A stretch of DNA of 64,000 nucleotides from Botryllus schlosseri (Eukaryota): positions 32,366,001 through 32,430,000 of the forward strand of contig CM119371.1 of assembly GCA_051294905.1 (NCBI GenBank). Direction: 5' to 3'. The first letter of the stretch is position 1. Each line of letters starts with the position of its first letter. The notes under the pieces are model-generated. The model did not search any database. It saw only the letters and a program-made list of their open reading frames with translations, and was not told the DNA's origin. Shown here piece after piece: positions 58,639 through 64,000 of this stretch. The position numbers were made by a program, and so were the translations under genes.

Positions 58639-60270
58639 CACTACAAAAAATAACAAGACAAATTTGGTCTTATGGTCTTGAAGTGACTTTTTATTAGAAA
58701 ATGTCTTAAAGACCAATCGGTCTTAACAACGATTTTCGTCTCAAAATTAAGACAATTGCTCGAAAATAAGGTCATTGTCGCCCACGAGTGCTGTGTGGGT
58801 ACACTACAAAAAAAAAATTAGACAAATTTGGTCTCAAAATTAGACAAATTTGGTCTCAAATTTAAGAAATGAGGATGATTTGGTCTCATTTTACCACCCA
58901 CTCACCATAAATGCTATTTTCGACTCAGACAACCATATATATATTGATCTGAATAGTACACGTGAGTAGTAAGTGGCATGTACCTTGATAACTATATCTA
59001 GTGAATACCTTGTAAACTTAGTACAGGATCATCTCAACACTGCAATTTCTGGTCTCTCTCATCCTTCCCCTCCTCCGCTCAGACCCCTAACATTGAAAAG
59101 GATGCCCCCAAGGCACTGCTACCATTTTCGATCAATTTCTGGCTTACTTTTGAGACATAAAGTACTTGGTAAGACTAATTGGTCTTTAAGACATTTTTTC
59201 ATAAAAAGTCACTTTAAGATAATAAGATAAAAAATGTCTTATTTTTTTTTGTAGTGTGTACATGTCAGTGTTAGGTTCTGCATGAAGGGAGGCATAACGC
59301 ACCTGGATTTGCAGTTCATTATATAGCCTACCCATTATATAACATTATCATTGTATATAGGTATTAGGTAGGTAACACTTACCAGTTTGTATACAATCCT
59401 CCAAACAATATATACTGTAGTCTGAGCTGAGTATATAATAGTATTTGTGGTGGGTGTGACGTGCCAACACCATTGTGTCAGTGAAAAGTGACAAGGTACG
59501 TTACTTTGAATTTTTGTCCTGGCGCAAATGCATCCTGTATTTGACTTATTTGAAGTTTGACATGTGACCAACGAGAAATGGACAAACATGGCACGACCAA
59601 ATACGTTTTGGCTCTCCGCTCTCAAGTCACCACTAGATTGCATTTGCAATGACCTTTGATGGATCAAAATTTGTCAAAAAAAGCAAATTACGTCTTGTAC
59701 TCCGGGCTCATGACAATTTACCATTCGAATTTATTAGACCACAGACCACGTCTTAAAAACTAGACCAGAAAAACTGATGCATCATAAACTGTCGAGATCC
59801 TGGCCCATGTCAACTTTTCGGTCTCATTTTTAAGACAACAAATCATGTCATTTCTTGATTAGCGAAATTTCTCTTGAAAACAAGACCAAAAATACTGACA
59901 CATCGAAAACTGTCTCAATAAGCTAGTTATGTCTTAGAGCTCCTGGCCCATGTCAACTTTCTGGTCTCATTTTTAAGACCACAAATCATGTTGTTTCTTG
60001 AATAGCGAAATTTGTCTTAAAAACAAGACCAAAAATACTGACACAGCAAAAACTGTCGTAATAAGCACAAAATGTCTTATAAGATGCGCTTTGTTGGTCT
60101 TATTTTTGAGACCAAATAATTGTAACAATTATATATGGTCTTGAAAAGCTGAATCAGTCTCAATTTTAAGACCTCAATTCATCAGTGAGACTAAAATTGC
60201 TGAAAATGAGACCAAATCATCCTCATTTCTTAAATTTGAGACCAAATTTGTCTAATTTTTTTTTGTGGTG
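58639..60270. mobile_element. CACTA/EnSpm-like non-autonomous element with an inverted same-family copy (58802-59256) nested inside
   Basis: Four CACTACAAAAAA-type termini (58639, 58802, 59256, 60270) and many GGTCT/AGACC subterminal motifs. Confidence 0.7.
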
Positions 60271-61229
60271 TGTAGGGTTGTTGTCGACGTGGACCAAAAA
60301 TTAAGTTGTAACATAACACCAGTTGAAGTGCAATCTTATTAGTGTTCGTAAGGGATAACCTAATAGTTTCATAGCTTGAAGTTGTATAGTTTCGACATAG
60401 CATGCTGATTCTATCTCTGATATTGACTCAGAGCTCATTAGCAATTCGTTTCATGCTGTGGCGTTTCGACTGAGAATCTGGATGACTATTTTCTCCTATT
60501 TTTCTCTTGTGTGTGTAAATAAGATTAGACTACCGGTGTTATTGTTCGTTCTGAATGTGCTCTATCAGCCATGAAATATAGGTCCTTGAAGTGGATTGGA
60601 TTTATCATGCTTTCTATTAGTGGCAATTGACAGGCACAGTAGGGCTGCTCAAAAGTAACCTTAATGAAATTGTACTGGATGCTTGATTTGAAAAAAAATA
60701 GTTTTTTGGGTGGGGAAACTCTGTCATTAATGAATACTTCTTTCAAATCTGAAATTTTTTACTAGGTGGAATTGTGCCGAATTTGGTGTGTAGTATTTTT
60801 GTAGGCAACCTAACAATCTTATAAAGTAGGCCAAACAGTATAATTCGAAATAGTTACTCTGAACAGCCCGAGTGCACAGTGGTTAGGCGTGGTTTTCGCT
60901 CTCCCACTGGAGCTGTGTAATCGTATGTACAAGAATTGGAGTGCTGTAATGTGATGTTATGTGTGATGTGTTGCAATACGACATGCACAGTTGCACACGT
61001 ATTGGAGACATCACTTCTTGCAGAACTGTATAACAGCAAATATATCTGTCTGTTTCTCTTTGAGAACATAATGTGCTAAAGTGTAGCTTACACCGGCTAA
61101 GATCTATCATACATTTAAGTTTATCAGCGATTACGAGTGAACTCGGCACTTGGTGAATTCGGCCGGACAAACTCGGCACTTGGTGATCTCGGCACTTCGT
61201 GAATTCGGCCTTGTCAACACTTGGAAGCT

Positions 61230-64000
61230 GAGTAATTCCCTCTCAACATGCAAACGCCCGTCTCCACTACAGTTTTAGATCCAATTGAAAATTTTCACAT
61301 GGATAGGGTATCAAATTTGGAGCATAACAAACTTTGTTTCAAGAAAATCGGACAATTCGCTGCAGAGTTATTGCAATTTGAAAAATGACACTTTGTGCTC
61401 ACTCGGCCGTGACGCTATACTGCTTGAAACCTATGTCTAATTGGAATTGACATTATAGTGATAAAATTGCAGCCAGGCAGACTCAAATTTCTGTAGTAAG
61501 AAATTTTATATATGCTTATTGTGATAGACCTAACTTTTTAACTTTACGACTAGGGTTTAGAGGTCAAATGTCAATTTAAAGTCATCATGTTTTCAAAATC
61601 AGTCATGCATAACAAATATTCAACTTTGCCTAGCGTAATTCTATTTAAACCGATTTTTTCGAGAAAGGTGTTGAATGAAAGCTTGAAAAGAGTAGAACAC
61701 TGCTGAATTGATATTGAATGTGATATTTGACTGCCAATCATCTCAATACTTCATTGAAAAGATATGTTTAAATTTTTCATTTTTTTCTAGCGTTTAGAGT
61801 TTTTTTCAGATATCTTTCTGTGTCTAAACTGCCTGATTGCCACCGATCTCTGATCATACAATATTTACTAGAAAACTTATTTTGAAATGACTGTCATGTT
61901 GATTAAAGATCATATCACTTGGCTGAAACACGGATACGGATAAATATTCACCAGACATTCTGAAAACGAAAAGAGTAGATTAGCTGCATCAAAAACCAAT
62001 AGGTGTAGTGTGGGGCGACTGTTAATGAACAAGAAAGTCGAACAGTAAGTAGAAAGCATATCAATAATCAGTTTTGAATACCAATATTAAACATCAGAAC
62101 ACATTTTCAAATTATTTCAATATATACTGTCCATATTATGCACTTGACGTTTTTTCGGTGCATTTCGGAGTATGTAGGAACTTGGCAAATGCAGATTGAA
62201 TTTGCTGAAGGGTGCCATTTGATAATTTGTACTGGCCCCTTAATGTTGCCAAGGTTGGAGGTTCAACGATACACAAGAAATGAGCATAAGGAACCCAACA
62301 TACATCTTCATATTCAGGAAATCTGAATGAGACCGAAGGCCCTTTTGGATACATAAATTTTACTTTAGCATCATCATTTGCATTATCCACTTCGGTGATA
62401 TATCCAATGAACCAGTCATTGTCATAAATAACAGATGCATAACTGCCCTGCTTGATGCCATCAACACATGGGTGACATTTAGGCTGTGAAAAATCAAAAA
62501 TTAAACTGTCCTTCTCGTCAAAATTTATGCGTTTCATGGCAACTTTGCAATTAGATATTGGCCGAAAATTATGAAAGGATCCGGTTCCTTTGATGGTGCT
62601 ACCAAGAGCAAATCTTTTTTTCAATTGTTCTCTTGTAATTTGGAGGTCTGTTTCTGGAAGCTCTTTGAAATAGATGCTGGGAATTGCAGTTTTGCAGTAC
62701 TTCATCATTTCTTGAACTCTGTTCTGTCAGTGACTGTCCACTGATTGAATGTAATTGGTTCATTGAAATCTTCAAATTTCCTTTTTATATATTCCTCAAC
62801 TACTTTGGGGCCTGGGCAATGAGAACAACGTTGCAACATACAGTCTTTGCTCTTTGTATCACACACCATCATGCTGATCAACTCATGGTAACTCTCCTCA
62901 AATTGTGCTGATTTCATCATCAATATCACATTCTGGTGTATTGTACACACGCAAACTGAATGTGTACCTGAGGATCCTGCCAATACACACCATTTTGGCC
63001 TTAAAGCTGCAAAGGTTGAAAATCCAACTTTGAGGTCATTGTGCTTCTCTCGAAATAGCTGATACAACTCTTTCAAGGTACATAAAATCAATTTTTTCTG
63101 CTGATATACGTTTCTTTTAACTAAGACCTTATCCCGAATTCCAGGCATTGTTCTTGAATTATCATCATTGCAGTAAAATTCTGAGATTGTTTCTTTTATT
63201 GACTGACTTAAAGCCTTTCCCTTTCTTGATGGTGGTTTACTCAAAATACCATTTCCCCGAGTATGCTTTTAGCAGCAGTCACTAAACAATATGGGACACC
63301 AAAATACTGAGATATTTCTTTTTTATTCCACGAATTTGGAGCTAATGTCAGTAGTTGGATTTTCTCTGCTCTTGTTGTATCAGTATGATTTATCTTGGCA
63401 AAAATTTCTCCCATTAAGATATCCAGATCATTAGCTTTTTGTTCCAATGATCTGTTGGAATAACTCTCCTCACTGACTTCATCTATTGAGAGGTCTAGTG
63501 CAGTTGCAACCTTTTTTGTCATTCTGTTTCTAATCTTCAATAATTTTCTTTTGCCGTACTGAGAGCGTCGATCTTTGGCCATACCATGCAGTTTCAAGGG
63601 GGATACTCCAATTTCGTTCAAACTTGAATTCAATACAAAACTTGATACCTGATCAATTGAACATTCTTCCTCACCATCTTCACCATTTTCCTCACTATCT
63701 TCACCATTAGAAGAGTCACAGATTTGCGCACACATTGCTTTCAACTTAATATTGCAGTTATTACAAACTTTCTTTCCTGGAACAACTGTTACCATCTGCT
63801 TCTGTAAAGCCTTTGTCTGCTCAAGTGTTATGGCATGGATGTTCTTTCTAATTTTCCTTCTATGACATTTCAAGGGGTCACAACAAGTTACCTGCAATGC
63901 TTCATACTGGTCTATCATCAGTGCTTTGTGCTGTCCACATATTGTCTCAACTTTCCCCTCTTCGCTGATTAAATTTGCTCTGTGTAGAAGTTTCTCTCTT
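61230..64000 (-). mobile_element. Sola2-like DNA transposon remnant running off the window end
   Basis: Possible terminus GAGTAATTCC at 61230 and a disrupted transposase on the minus strand; the other end lies outside the window. Family assignment is from recalled motifs. Confidence 0.5.
62136..63918 (-). pseudogene. Frameshifted transposase (Sola2-like) apparently lacking its catalytic core
   Basis: Three abutting ORFs: CCDPLKCH...VPGKKVCNNC; VGFSTFAALRPKWCVLAGSSGTHSVCVCTIHQN; GTGSFHNF...YDNDWFIG...FMYPKGP...CWVP. Confidence 0.7.

Overview
Animal (eukaryotic) genomic DNA, not prokaryotic; a spliced-leader-like sequence suggests a stolidobranch ascidian (inference). The left ~17 kb holds three small minus-strand exons of an OSBPL3/6/7-type oxysterol-binding protein PH domain, two more tentative exons, MITE-filled introns and an intact pogo/Fot-like transposon. 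The rest is a deeply nested transposon cluster. (i) A foldback element (17197-25458) contains a hAT element, which contains a decayed Harbinger. (ii) A CsRn1/Kabuki-type Gypsy element (25732-51587) has an ~18.5 kb block in its leader: a 140-bp repeat array, a CR1-like fragment, a P/Galileo-like element holding an intact BEL/Pao retrotransposon, a complete Pol II promoter with a spliced-leader (SL) RNA-like unit, and a Tx1/L1-clade LINE ending in poly(A). (iii) CR1/L2-type LINE copies, several MITEs, nested CACTA-like ends and a Sola2-like remnant follow. The most notable item is the SL-RNA-like gene and promoter directly in front of a Tx1-type LINE, apparently moved with it as one unit. Family assignments come from motif recognition by eye; no searches were run.
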